DNA from: Promethearchaeota archaeon
Lineage (GTDB): Archaea; Asgardarchaeota; Lokiarchaeia; Sigyniarchaeales; SOKP01
Reading direction: 5' to 3'
Length of the DNA stretch: 64,000 nucleotides
Assembly: GCA_030603385.1 (NCBI GenBank)
Contig: JAUVXW010000004.1
Coordinates: forward strand, 64,001-128,000
The notes beneath the pieces are model-generated. The model searched no databases and had not been told where the DNA came from. It saw nothing but the letters and a program-made list of their open reading frames with translations. Positions 51,091 through 59,568 of the stretch are shown piece after piece (position 1 is the first letter of the stretch; the number at the start of each line of letters is the position of its first letter). A program made the position numbers and the translations under genes.

Positions 51091-51348
51091 TCATTTAACT
51101 TCAATTATTTCTAACAGTATTGCAGACTGGGGACAATTTTGAATGCAAACTCCACAGCCGTCGCAATTTACTTTTCGGTTTTCATCATAAACATCAAAAG
51201 CTATACCATTTTTGACCAATATTACCGCATTTTTTTCACTTAAAAAACTCTTAGTTTTTAATTGGTCAAAATTGATTGGACATGAGACCACACATATATT
51301 ACAACCAGTACAGATGTTTCGGTTAACTTTAAGCTTGTAAACTTGCAT
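51091..51348 (-). CDS. 2x[4Fe-4S] ferredoxin, FwdG-like
   Basis: CTGCNICVVSCP and CDGCGVCIQNCP. Confidence 0.82.
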   Translation of the reverse strand: MQVYKLKVNRNICTGCNICVVSCPINFDQLKTKSFLSEKNAVILVKNGIAFDVYDENRKVNCDGCGVCIQNCPQSAILLEIIEVK

Positions 51349-51641
51349 AATCTTCCCTTATTTTTAATTAGAGATAATAAAAAAGTCTGACAAAAGCGTA
51401 TAATTTTTGTAGCTTTAAAATTGATTAATAATTTCTTTCTATATGATGAATTATGTATTTAACTTAATTTGTAGAAAGTATATTTTTATAAAAAATTTGT
51501 TGTATGATTTATTAAGTTCAAATAATAAAAAGAGCTTAAATCAGAGATCGAAATTTTACTATTCCTTAAACTTATTAATTCCTACACGAATCTTATATTA
51601 ATTAGCTAATTTAATTTTGACTTTTATCGTAGTCTGATAAC

Positions 51642-52784
51642 ATGGAATCTACAAAAAGTGAAGATTGTCTTATTTTTTATGCTTTAACTCCCGAAATTAC
51701 TAAATTACGCCAAGTATATAATATAATCGGGAATTTTATGCAGAACAAGCAATCTATTGATCCTTCTGATCGATTTAATCTGATTTGGTTTCAAGATGAT
51801 GGGCCAAATTATTTAGATAATTTTACATTTGACCCAGAATATATTTCAAAGACTTTAAAGTCATTAGGTAAAGTTATTACTAAAGCAAATATCGCTGGTG
51901 GCGTATTTATTGCGATAACATTTATCATTGAAGTATTCAAAAAGATTTCTGAAAAGTTCTTTCGGTTATTGATATTGGTTGACGATGGCGCATATGAAAT
52001 CCCTGATGAATATCTCCCAGCACTTGAAGAATTAATTAAAAAAGTCAAGGATATGCCTTTTTTTATCGATATTATCTTGATGGGAAGTCCCTATTCTAAT
52101 CAAGCTCAGAAATTATTGAAACTAGCAAATTTATCGAATGGAGAATTATATGGAATCAAAAATATAAAAGATCTAAGTCCAATCTTAACAGAGTTATCAG
52201 AAAAGAAGCGTGTTTCAGAACCTTCGTTTGTAAAACAAAAATTACGAATGATACTCCCTGATAACCAACCATTTTACATAAATTTGGCGGATGACACTAA
52301 AAACGTTAATAATATAGCAACATGTTCCATTTGTTTTCATAAAGATGATCAGGGTATAGTAAAATGTCCTTCTTGTGATACTTCTGCTCATGAAGTATGT
52401 TGGGCACAATGGTCAGAAACTTCCAATATTGGAATTCCTCATGTGTTTAGATGCCATAATTGTTTCAATATATTAAAGCTTGATAAAGACTATATACGGG
52501 ATGTTCGAGCAGGAAAGATACCAACTATTGCAGAATTAACTAAAATGAAAAAAAGGAATATTATTGAATATCTGCATGAAATTGAATCTAAACGCGAACC
52601 TAAAGTTGTTCATACTGAAGATCCAATGGCAGTTGAAATTCGAGGGATGGTTGAAGCAACAAAATCGCAACCTAAAGAAGAAATTAAAAGAAAAAAAGTA
52701 TCAGTACATATTTGCCCTAATTGTAGCAAAATTATGATGGGTGATAGGAAAAACTGTCCTTCTTGTGGATTTGTTATGTTTTAG
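51642..52784 (+). CDS. vWA-like domain plus RING/PHD-like C4HC3 finger plus C-terminal zinc ribbon
   Basis: DRFNLIWF / LLILVDDG / IDIILMG / SNGELY vWA strands, CSIC..CPSC...HEVC..CHNC, and CPNC..CPSC. Confidence 0.65.
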   Translation: MESTKSEDCLIFYALTPEITKLRQVYNIIGNFMQNKQSIDPSDRFNLIWFQDDGPNYLDNFTFDPEYISKTLKSLGKVITKANIAGGVFIAITFIIEVFKKISEKFFRLLILVDDGAYEIPDEYLPALEELIKKVKDMPFFIDIILMGSPYSNQAQKLLKLANLSNGELYGIKNIKDLSPILTELSEKKRVSEPSFVKQKLRMILPDNQPFYINLADDTKNVNNIATCSICFHKDDQGIVKCPSCDTSAHEVCWAQWSETSNIGIPHVFRCHNCFNILKLDKDYIRDVRAGKIPTIAELTKMKKRNIIEYLHEIESKREPKVVHTEDPMAVEIRGMVEATKSQPKEEIKRKKVSVHICPNCSKIMMGDRKNCPSCGFVMF

Positions 52785-52945
52785 AAATATAAACTTAAAG
52801 CTAGAACGTAATAATACAATTATTTCATTCCTAAATCTTGGAATTGAGATTTTATAAACCATATATTTAAATAATTTAGGGCTAAAACTAATAATAAGTT
52901 GATTTAATAGGCTTTTTTAGACTTGTATTAATTTGGGTAAAAAAT

Positions 52946-54604
52946 ATGGATTCAGATGTATTTACTTTTCTTGTTGGAGGTAAAGCAGGAGAAGGAGTAA
53001 AAAAAGCAGGTTCTGTAGCAGCACATATGTTCTCGAGTATGGGTAGGCACATTTTCCAGATGGATGATTATATGAGTTTAATAAGAGGTGGTCATAACTT
53101 TTCTGTTGTAAGCACAGCTCCTAGATGGATTAGCAGTCATTATATGAAAGCAAATCTGGTTGTAAACTTTGATAAACGTAGCTGTGAAGCTCATATGAAC
53201 GATATTGCAGAAAAAGGGATAATGATTTTTAATTCTGATGAACAAGAAAATGAGCGCGGCATTGGAATTCCATTAACTTCAGAAGCAAAAAAATATCCGA
53301 TGAAAAGTTTAATGTATGGAGTAGGTGCCGTAGCTATTTTATCAGCTACAATTGGGTTTGAAAAAGAGAAAATGAATCAAATTATTGAAGAAGAATATTC
53401 AAGAGGAATAGAAGATAATATTGCTTTTGCCAACAAAATTTATGACTTAGTGTATCCTGATTGTGGCAAGAAATTTACATTAGATAAAGGAGATAAAAAG
53501 AGACCCATTATTACTGGAAATGAAGCAATTAGTCTAGGAGCAATAGCGGGGGGATTAGATGTTTATTATGGTTATCCTATGACTCCTGCATCAACAATCT
53601 TACACACACTCGCTCGTGAAGCTAATAATTTCGGTTTAGCTGTTGTTCATGCTGAAGGTGAAATTGCAGTCATTAATATGGCAATTGGCTCAGCTTTCAC
53701 AGGAGCAAGAGTCATGGTTGGCACGAGTGGTGGTGGTTTCGCTCTTATGACCGAAGGTTTCTCTTTAGCAGGTATCACGGAGGCTCCAGTATTAGTTATA
53801 TTATCTCAAAGACCGGGACCAGCAACTGGAGTTCCCACTTACACTGAACAAGCTGATTTAGCTTTTGCTTTGACAGCGGGGCATGGAGATTTCTTGAGAA
53901 TTGTGACTTCCCCTAGAACAGTTAGAGAAGCATATTATCTTTCAGGTGAAATGTTAAATTTAGTATGGAAATTTCAAACACCGGGGATAATATTAACTGA
54001 AAAACATCTTTCAGAGAGTAGCATGACGGTTGAAATTGATGTAGAGAAATCAAAATGGGAAGAGCCGAAAATGCATATAGTTGGTGATTATAAACGATAT
54101 TTAGATACTGATGATGGAGTTTCTCCTATGTTATTTCCACCATCAAACCAAATTATAAAATGGAATAGTTATGAACATGATGAATTTGGTATAACAACAG
54201 AAAATGCTGAGAAGATATCTTTAATGCACGATAAAAGAAATAAAAAGTTAAAAATACTAATAGAATACTTAAAGGGACAAGATACTGTTAGAATAATTCG
54301 TGGTGAAAATCCTACTAATATCTTCACCTATGGTTCAACTTATATGAGTGTTTTAGAAGCTCTTCGATATGCAAGTTTAAATCCCACAATCGTTGCGCCA
54401 ATTTATTTGAGTCCATTACCTATCTGGAAATTAGAAGAATTCAAAGAACAAGAAAATATCGTTATCGAGCAAAGCTCTACGGGACAATTTACTAAGCTCT
54501 TAAAAGAAAAAGCAGGGATGAAGATAAGAAATACAATTAAGAAGTATGACGGAAGACCATTTGATCCAATTGATTTAGCAAAAAAACTAAAGGAGGTGCT
54601 TTAA
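52946..54604 (+). CDS. 2-oxoacid:ferredoxin oxidoreductase alpha subunit
   Basis: GGKAGEG, IRGGHN, GYPMTPAS, TSGGGFALM, QRPGPATG. Confidence 0.92.
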   Translation: MDSDVFTFLVGGKAGEGVKKAGSVAAHMFSSMGRHIFQMDDYMSLIRGGHNFSVVSTAPRWISSHYMKANLVVNFDKRSCEAHMNDIAEKGIMIFNSDEQENERGIGIPLTSEAKKYPMKSLMYGVGAVAILSATIGFEKEKMNQIIEEEYSRGIEDNIAFANKIYDLVYPDCGKKFTLDKGDKKRPIITGNEAISLGAIAGGLDVYYGYPMTPASTILHTLAREANNFGLAVVHAEGEIAVINMAIGSAFTGARVMVGTSGGGFALMTEGFSLAGITEAPVLVILSQRPGPATGVPTYTEQADLAFALTAGHGDFLRIVTSPRTVREAYYLSGEMLNLVWKFQTPGIILTEKHLSESSMTVEIDVEKSKWEEPKMHIVGDYKRYLDTDDGVSPMLFPPSNQIIKWNSYEHDEFGITTENAEKISLMHDKRNKKLKILIEYLKGQDTVRIIRGENPTNIFTYGSTYMSVLEALRYASLNPTIVAPIYLSPLPIWKLEEFKEQENIVIEQSSTGQFTKLLKEKAGMKIRNTIKKYDGRPFDPIDLAKKLKEVL

Positions 54605-54608
54605 AAAA

Positions 54609-55448
54609 ATGGATGATCTTAAAACTTATGCTGAAATTACATGGTGCCCTGGATGTGGTAATTTTGGGATCTTTACAGCTGTAAGAAATGCAATCCCTCT
54701 TTTAGAAGAAAAAGGTATTAAGAGAGATAATATTGTAATAACTTCAGGGATTGGCTGTCATGGAAAAATTTTTGATTATCTTAATTTAAGTGGTTTTTAT
54801 GGACTACACGGTCGTAATTGTTCAAATTCAGAGGGTATAAAAATTGCAAATCCAGATTTAAAAGTAATTAACTTTTCTGGAGATGCGAATGGATTGGCGG
54901 AAGGTTTGGCACATACAATTTTCGCAGCAAAAAGAAACCAAGATATAACGTTTATTCTACATAATAACAGTGTTTACGCTCTCACAACGGGTCAATTTTC
55001 TCCATTAGCAGAAAAAGGTTGGAAAGGTCCATCTACACCCAGAGGAAGCTACGAAGAACCATTTAATCCGATGTCTTTAATGATCGAGGCAGGTGCAACT
55101 TTCGTAGCAAGAGGTTTTGCGGGAGATACAAAGCATCTCACTGATATTATAGTACAAGGAGTTGAACATGAAGGTTTTTCCTTCATAGAAATACTACAAC
55201 CTGCTGTTCCATACCATAAATGGACTGAATATAGAGAACAAGTTGAATACCTTGTAAAAGAACCGGAAACATATTTTAAAGCTTTTAAAGCTGCCAAGGA
55301 GAATCATAAATTTACTTTAGGGGTGTTTTATCGAACTCAAAGACCTGTTTATCACAAAGAGTTATATGCAGATCATAATCCTATAACAGATAGAATAAAT
55401 AGAAAGGTCAGGTTAGAGAAAATTCGGAAAATACTTGAATCCAAATGA
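54609..55448 (+). CDS. 2-oxoacid:ferredoxin oxidoreductase beta subunit
   Basis: WCPGCGNFG, SGIGC, LHGR, SGD..NN TPP motif, YALTTGQ. Confidence 0.92.
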   Translation: MDDLKTYAEITWCPGCGNFGIFTAVRNAIPLLEEKGIKRDNIVITSGIGCHGKIFDYLNLSGFYGLHGRNCSNSEGIKIANPDLKVINFSGDANGLAEGLAHTIFAAKRNQDITFILHNNSVYALTTGQFSPLAEKGWKGPSTPRGSYEEPFNPMSLMIEAGATFVARGFAGDTKHLTDIIVQGVEHEGFSFIEILQPAVPYHKWTEYREQVEYLVKEPETYFKAFKAAKENHKFTLGVFYRTQRPVYHKELYADHNPITDRINRKVRLEKIRKILESK

Positions 55449-55480
55449 AAGAATTTATGAATTTTGAAAATATTAGGTAT

Positions 55481-56008
55481 TTAGTTAAATGTATCGTAAA
55501 TCTTTTCAATTTCTTTAAGGATTTTTGAATATAGAGCAGAGGATATCCTAAATGTAGTATTTTCTACGAGATGATGGAGAAAATTTTTACATTTTTCTAT
55601 ACCAACAAATTTTAGGCGTGTTGCTTTGATGAGGACACCTAAAGTACCCGTGACTTTTAAGTCCAAAGTCCTAGCAATTTCCCGTGCTGCTAAATCATCA
55701 ATGATAATAATACTTTCACCAGTATTATCCTGAAGTTCCTTTGCAAGGGCTAATACTGACGCTTCTCCGGTATGAATGTGTAATTCCTCTAGTCTATCAA
55801 CGAGTTGCCTATTTATTGGTTCCTTTAATAAAAGCCAACTAGAAAAGGAATCTTTTAAAACTGTAAATTCAGCAACATTGTCATCGCTTAATACCTCTTT
55901 TTTAATGATTAATGTGGTGTAACATTCAGTAAAAAGCTTTGGTACTAAAGATAATGCACCAATTTTGCTTAGATATATCAAAGGTGAAGCATTTATAATT
56001 CCAATCAT
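55481..56008 (-). CDS. DUF3368-family PIN-like protein
   Basis: INASPLIYLSKIG, GEASVLALA, IIDDLAAR, VTGTLGVL. Confidence 0.85.
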   Translation of the reverse strand: MIGIINASPLIYLSKIGALSLVPKLFTECYTTLIIKKEVLSDDNVAEFTVLKDSFSSWLLLKEPINRQLVDRLEELHIHTGEASVLALAKELQDNTGESIIIIDDLAAREIARTLDLKVTGTLGVLIKATRLKFVGIEKCKNFLHHLVENTTFRISSALYSKILKEIEKIYDTFN

Positions 56009-56020
56009 ATTCTTGGCTAT

Positions 56021-56320
56021 TCAATCTAAGGCATATTCAATATCTTCCTTTATAGCTTGTTCATCGTATCCTGATACATTTCGCTTTTTTAATTCCTCCA
56101 TCATCTTTCTTAGCGAGACCCCAGCCTTTTCCGCAGCCTTCCAGGCACTCATGTTTTTTTCTCCTACTTGGTTACAAAGAACTACAAACATTTCCTCAGA
56201 TAGACTTTTCTCTAATAATTGACGGATGTAGGATGATTTATCTTTTTTTTTTAATCTTGCCATTAAAAACCTTAACTTTTCATCAAGATCATCATCTATT
56301 CTTACTGATAGAATTTTCAT
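56021..56320 (-). CDS. UPF0175-family/RHH partner (putative antitoxin)
   Basis: LSVRIDD RHH-like start and SAWKAAEKAGVS, upstream of DUF3368. Confidence 0.8.
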   Translation of the reverse strand: MKILSVRIDDDLDEKLRFLMARLKKKDKSSYIRQLLEKSLSEEMFVVLCNQVGEKNMSAWKAAEKAGVSLRKMMEELKKRNVSGYDEQAIKEDIEYALD

Positions 56321-56364
56321 GATTGTTCTATGTATACTAGATCATCTCTAGTATATATAATTAT

Positions 56365-56553
56365 TTGCAAGGGAGTCATTTTTGGGGGGATATCTATTAT
56401 GATGAAAGCTTTGATGTGACTATAGATTCGCTCGATAATGTTTACATTGTTGGTTCTTGTTGTTGCAGTTTTGGGGCAGGATCTAGGGACATGGTTTTGC
56501 TTAAATACATTCAAGATATATTTAAATCAATAATTAATTTTAATCGAATCTAG
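56365..56553 (+). pseudogene. SBBP beta-propeller repeat fragment
   Basis: WG..YYDESFDVTIDSLDNVYIVG...FGAGSRDMVLLKY single repeat with no convincing start. Confidence 0.5.
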
Positions 56554-56891
56554 ATAGAGTATAATATGGAGATCATAACCCTATTACTAACAGACTGTCG
56601 AGATATATACGATTAGATAAAATTCGCAAAAATCTTGAATCTAAATAAGGAACAAGTTTTATTTTTAAATAATATTTTAAGTAATATAAAAAAAAATAGT
56701 AGTATAGGATATTCGTTAATAAGACTTGATATTTTGGAAGTACAATCGAAAAGAAAATGAGAAATATTATAAGAAAAATTTAAATATAGAAATTTTTTTT
56801 TTGAGATAAAGCCTATTGTAATCATTTTCTTAGTTTGGAATTTTGTCGTTTATTTTTTTGTATTTTTTTCCCCATAAAATTAAGTATGGGC

Positions 56892-56906
56892 AAAAATCTT
56901 TAAATA
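56892..56906 (+). promoter_or_regulatory. Candidate BRE/TATA box for the histone gene
   Basis: AAAAATC followed by TTTAAATA (56899-56906), and a GGAGG SD at 56982-56986. The AT-rich background weakens this call. Confidence 0.4.
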
Positions 56907-56994
56907 TGTGGAAGATAATTATCTATATAACAAACTCTTGAAAAATAACAAAATTTAATAAAATAATAAAAAATTATTAGTGGAGGAAAAAAAA

Positions 56995-57273
56995 ATGGCA
57001 GGTTCTGAATATATTAGTTGGAGTCCTATTAGGCGCCTTATGAAACTATAATAATCAACTCGATTATTTCTTCAAAATAATGGCGCTTTAATCGTTGCTC
57101 GTGATGCAGTTAACGAGCTCGTTGAATGGATGGGTAGCTCCGCTGAGAAACTTACTAAAAGTGCTTTAACTTTAACTAAACACTCTAAAAGAAAGAAAAT
57201 CACGAGCTTCCTTTAGAATTCCTAAAAAAACGTGAAAAATGACATTCTTTTAGCGATTAAATACTTCAAATAA
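56995..57273 (+). CDS. Archaeal histone, 72 aa after removing two introns (exons 56995-57046, 57077-57206, 57237-57273)
   Basis: Spliced product MAGSEYISWSPIRRLMKHNGALIVARDAVNELVEWMGSSAEKLTKSALTLTKHSKRKKITRNDILLAIKYFK is an HMf-type histone fold (PIxRLMK..GA..V..DA; H.KRK.I...DI.LA). GGAGG SD present. Absent from the ORF track. Confidence 0.92.
57047..57076 (+). other. Putative 30-nt BHB-type mRNA intron 1 of the histone gene
   Basis: GCGCCTTA TGAA[AC^T]AT AATAATC AACTC GATTATT TC TTCA[AA^A]TAATGGCGC. Contains in-frame TAA TAA. Excision gives AAA CAT AAT (K-H-N). Confidence 0.85.
57207..57236 (+). other. Putative 30-nt BHB-type mRNA intron 2 of the histone gene
   Basis: CACG[AG^C]TTCC TTTAG AATTC CTAAA AAAA CGTG[AA^A]AATGAC. 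Contains in-frame TAG and TAA. Excision gives ACG AGA AAT GAC (T-R-N-D). Confidence 0.82.
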
Positions 57274-57543
57274 GTTAAAGTGAACTTAAAATTATAAATC
57301 TTTTTTTTTTATTATTATTATTATCTTATCGATAAAATTCAAGTTAAATGTTCCTTTAAAGGCTCTGCATGACAAAACACAGGGCAACCATGAGGAAAAG
57401 TTTAACAACCATACTTATAGTCTAATTCTCTAATAAAATAGCTTCTTGGATAGGATAAAGAGAGCAGATTGAGTACGTTAGAAACGAATCAGAAACACAC
57501 TTTCAAATGATATACAATAAATAATAGTCTTTTAAAGATAGAC

Positions 57544-57801
57544 TTAATGCTTTTGGAAGCTGGGGGATTTTAGATCAATTATTCGATGTTTGCTTGGGTT
57601 AAATATCCATTCGTTTTTACATTTTTTAGAACAGAAATAGTGCTTTGGAATTTTTTGAGTGATATTTATAAATACAAATTTATAAGGCCTATCATAATTA
57701 CTCTGATACTGTTTTACAGGTTTTCCACACAATTCACAATTTTTTTTCAAGATGATCATACTTTCATTTATTTCTTCTGCGGAATCTTTAAAAAATTTCA
57801 T
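57544..57801 (-). CDS. Small TRASH/YHS-like zinc-binding protein
   Basis: CELCGKPV ... HYFCSKKC. Confidence 0.6.
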   Translation of the reverse strand: MKFFKDSAEEINESMIILKKNCELCGKPVKQYQSNYDRPYKFVFINITQKIPKHYFCSKKCKNEWIFNPSKHRIIDLKSPSFQKH

Positions 57802-57941
57802 TTTTTTTCTTTTTTCGCATTTTACAATTTTAGCATCTATTACTTTAACTAATATAATAGTTTGCCTATAAAATTATTGTTTATATTTATTATAGTAAGA
57901 TGAAATGAAAAAATAGCAATATATGACGAAAGCTAAAAGTT

Positions 57942-59300
57942 TTAACCTAGATTGATACGACCAATTGCCCTAAAAGATAGATTCTTATTGAATATTTCAT
58001 AATCGTAGATTCTTCTTCCATCTACAAGATTAGGAGTTTTCATGTATTTTTTAAAGTCATCTGGAGTTAATTTTTTAAATTCATCCCATTCTGTTATTAT
58101 TAAGGCACATTCAGAATTTTTTAAGGCGTCTTCAACTGAATTAGCATATTTTATCTTATCTCCTAATTCTATTTCTGCTGTTTCATTAGCTTTAGGATCA
58201 TAACCTTCTATATTTGTTACGCCCCTTTTTATTAGTTCATTAATAACTCTAATACTAGCTGCTTCTCGCATATCGTCTGTACCTGGCTTGAAAGCAAGCC
58301 CTAATAAAGTGACTTTTTTACCAGCTAATTTTCCTGTCAATTGTTCAGCAAGATTAACAATATGAATTGCTTGGTCATCATTTATACCCAAAACTGCTTC
58401 TAATAACCTAGAGGTATACCCTTTAGATTTTGACCAAGCCTTTATAGCGTTCACATCTTTATGGAAACAGGATCCACCAAAACCAACTCCTGCTCCTAAA
58501 AATCTATGGTTCAATCGATAATCTAGACCCACCCCTTTCATGACCTGAACGATATCAACATTTGGCACCAATTCAGCGAAATTGGCAAATTCATTTGCAT
58601 AACTAATCTTAGTTGACAGTAGGCAATTATTTCCATACTTTACTAACTCAGCACTTTCTAAATTCATCCTTAAAATTGGACAATTTTCTAAATGATCTCC
58701 ATAAAAATATTCATAAAATTCTTGAAGCATCGCACCACTTTTCTCATCAAACTCTCCAATTACAATTCTATCTGGATGCAAAGTGTCTTCAATAGAACGA
58801 CCTTCAGCTAAAAATTCAGGCTGCATGCACAGTCCATAATCTTTTCCTGGTTCTTTACGTGATACTTCATTTATAATCTTAGATACCAAATTTCGAGTAG
58901 TCCCGGGTACTACAGTCGATCTTACAACAATTAGATGATAATTCTCTTTTTTCTTCAATGCCTCTCCAATTTCTCTAGCTGTACTCTCTATAAAACCTAA
59001 ATCAATACTTTTATCTTCTCTCATAGGTGTTCCTTGAGTGATCATCGAAATATCTGTTTCTAATACCGCCTTGACGGGATTAGTTAGGCATTGGAGAAGC
59101 TCCGGAACATTTTTTTTAATATTAGTCATCATATCCTGTAATTCCGCTTCAAAAAATGGAGCCTTTCCATCATTAATTATCGCCGCTTTTTTTTCATTAT
59201 GTGTGGATGCTAATACTTTTATATTTTTCTCAGCGAAACAAGCAGCAGAGCATAAACCTATAAATCCAGTCCCTAAGATTGAAACTTTATATTTATACAT
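57942..59300 (-). CDS. UDP-glucose/GDP-mannose dehydrogenase family protein
   Basis: GTGFIG, RSTVVPG, PEFLAEG, GFGGSCFHKD, GLAFKPGTDDMRE, DGRR. Confidence 0.92.
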   Translation of the reverse strand: MYKYKVSILGTGFIGLCSAACFAEKNIKVLASTHNEKKAAIINDGKAPFFEAELQDMMTNIKKNVPELLQCLTNPVKAVLETDISMITQGTPMREDKSIDLGFIESTAREIGEALKKKENYHLIVVRSTVVPGTTRNLVSKIINEVSRKEPGKDYGLCMQPEFLAEGRSIEDTLHPDRIVIGEFDEKSGAMLQEFYEYFYGDHLENCPILRMNLESAELVKYGNNCLLSTKISYANEFANFAELVPNVDIVQVMKGVGLDYRLNHRFLGAGVGFGGSCFHKDVNAIKAWSKSKGYTSRLLEAVLGINDDQAIHIVNLAEQLTGKLAGKKVTLLGLAFKPGTDDMREAASIRVINELIKRGVTNIEGYDPKANETAEIELGDKIKYANSVEDALKNSECALIITEWDEFKKLTPDDFKKYMKTPNLVDGRRIYDYEIFNKNLSFRAIGRINLG

Positions 59301-59568
59301 TATAAATCAATATTAGTATTTTGTTTTTAAATAGTTAAATTTTGAAAAATAGTTAAATTTTCTTTTTCAAACTTATATATAGATACTAAACTAATGAAAC
59401 TATATCTTTAATTTAAAGTTAAGAAACATACAAATAAATTTATAATTTAACGAATCTAGTATTAAATTTGTGTTCTCTTCCAATGAAAGTTGGAAGCATG
59501 GGAATTCTATGGGTAGGATTTTAAAATTAATTTTTCAATATTAATACAAAATAAGGTTAAACGATAAA

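Noticed and set aside
57042-57073. Alternative BHB register for histone intron 1 (GAAA/UUUC helix)
   Set aside because: It would excise 25 nt, shift the frame and lose the exon-exon outer helix.
57047-57236. Histone insertions as stop read-through, ribosomal hopping or random pseudogenisation
   Set aside because: Each insert has two stops and would add 10 residues inside the fold. The exons are otherwise intact, both inserts show BHB geometry at matching positions, and the third case is 29 nt. Splicing explains all three with one rule.
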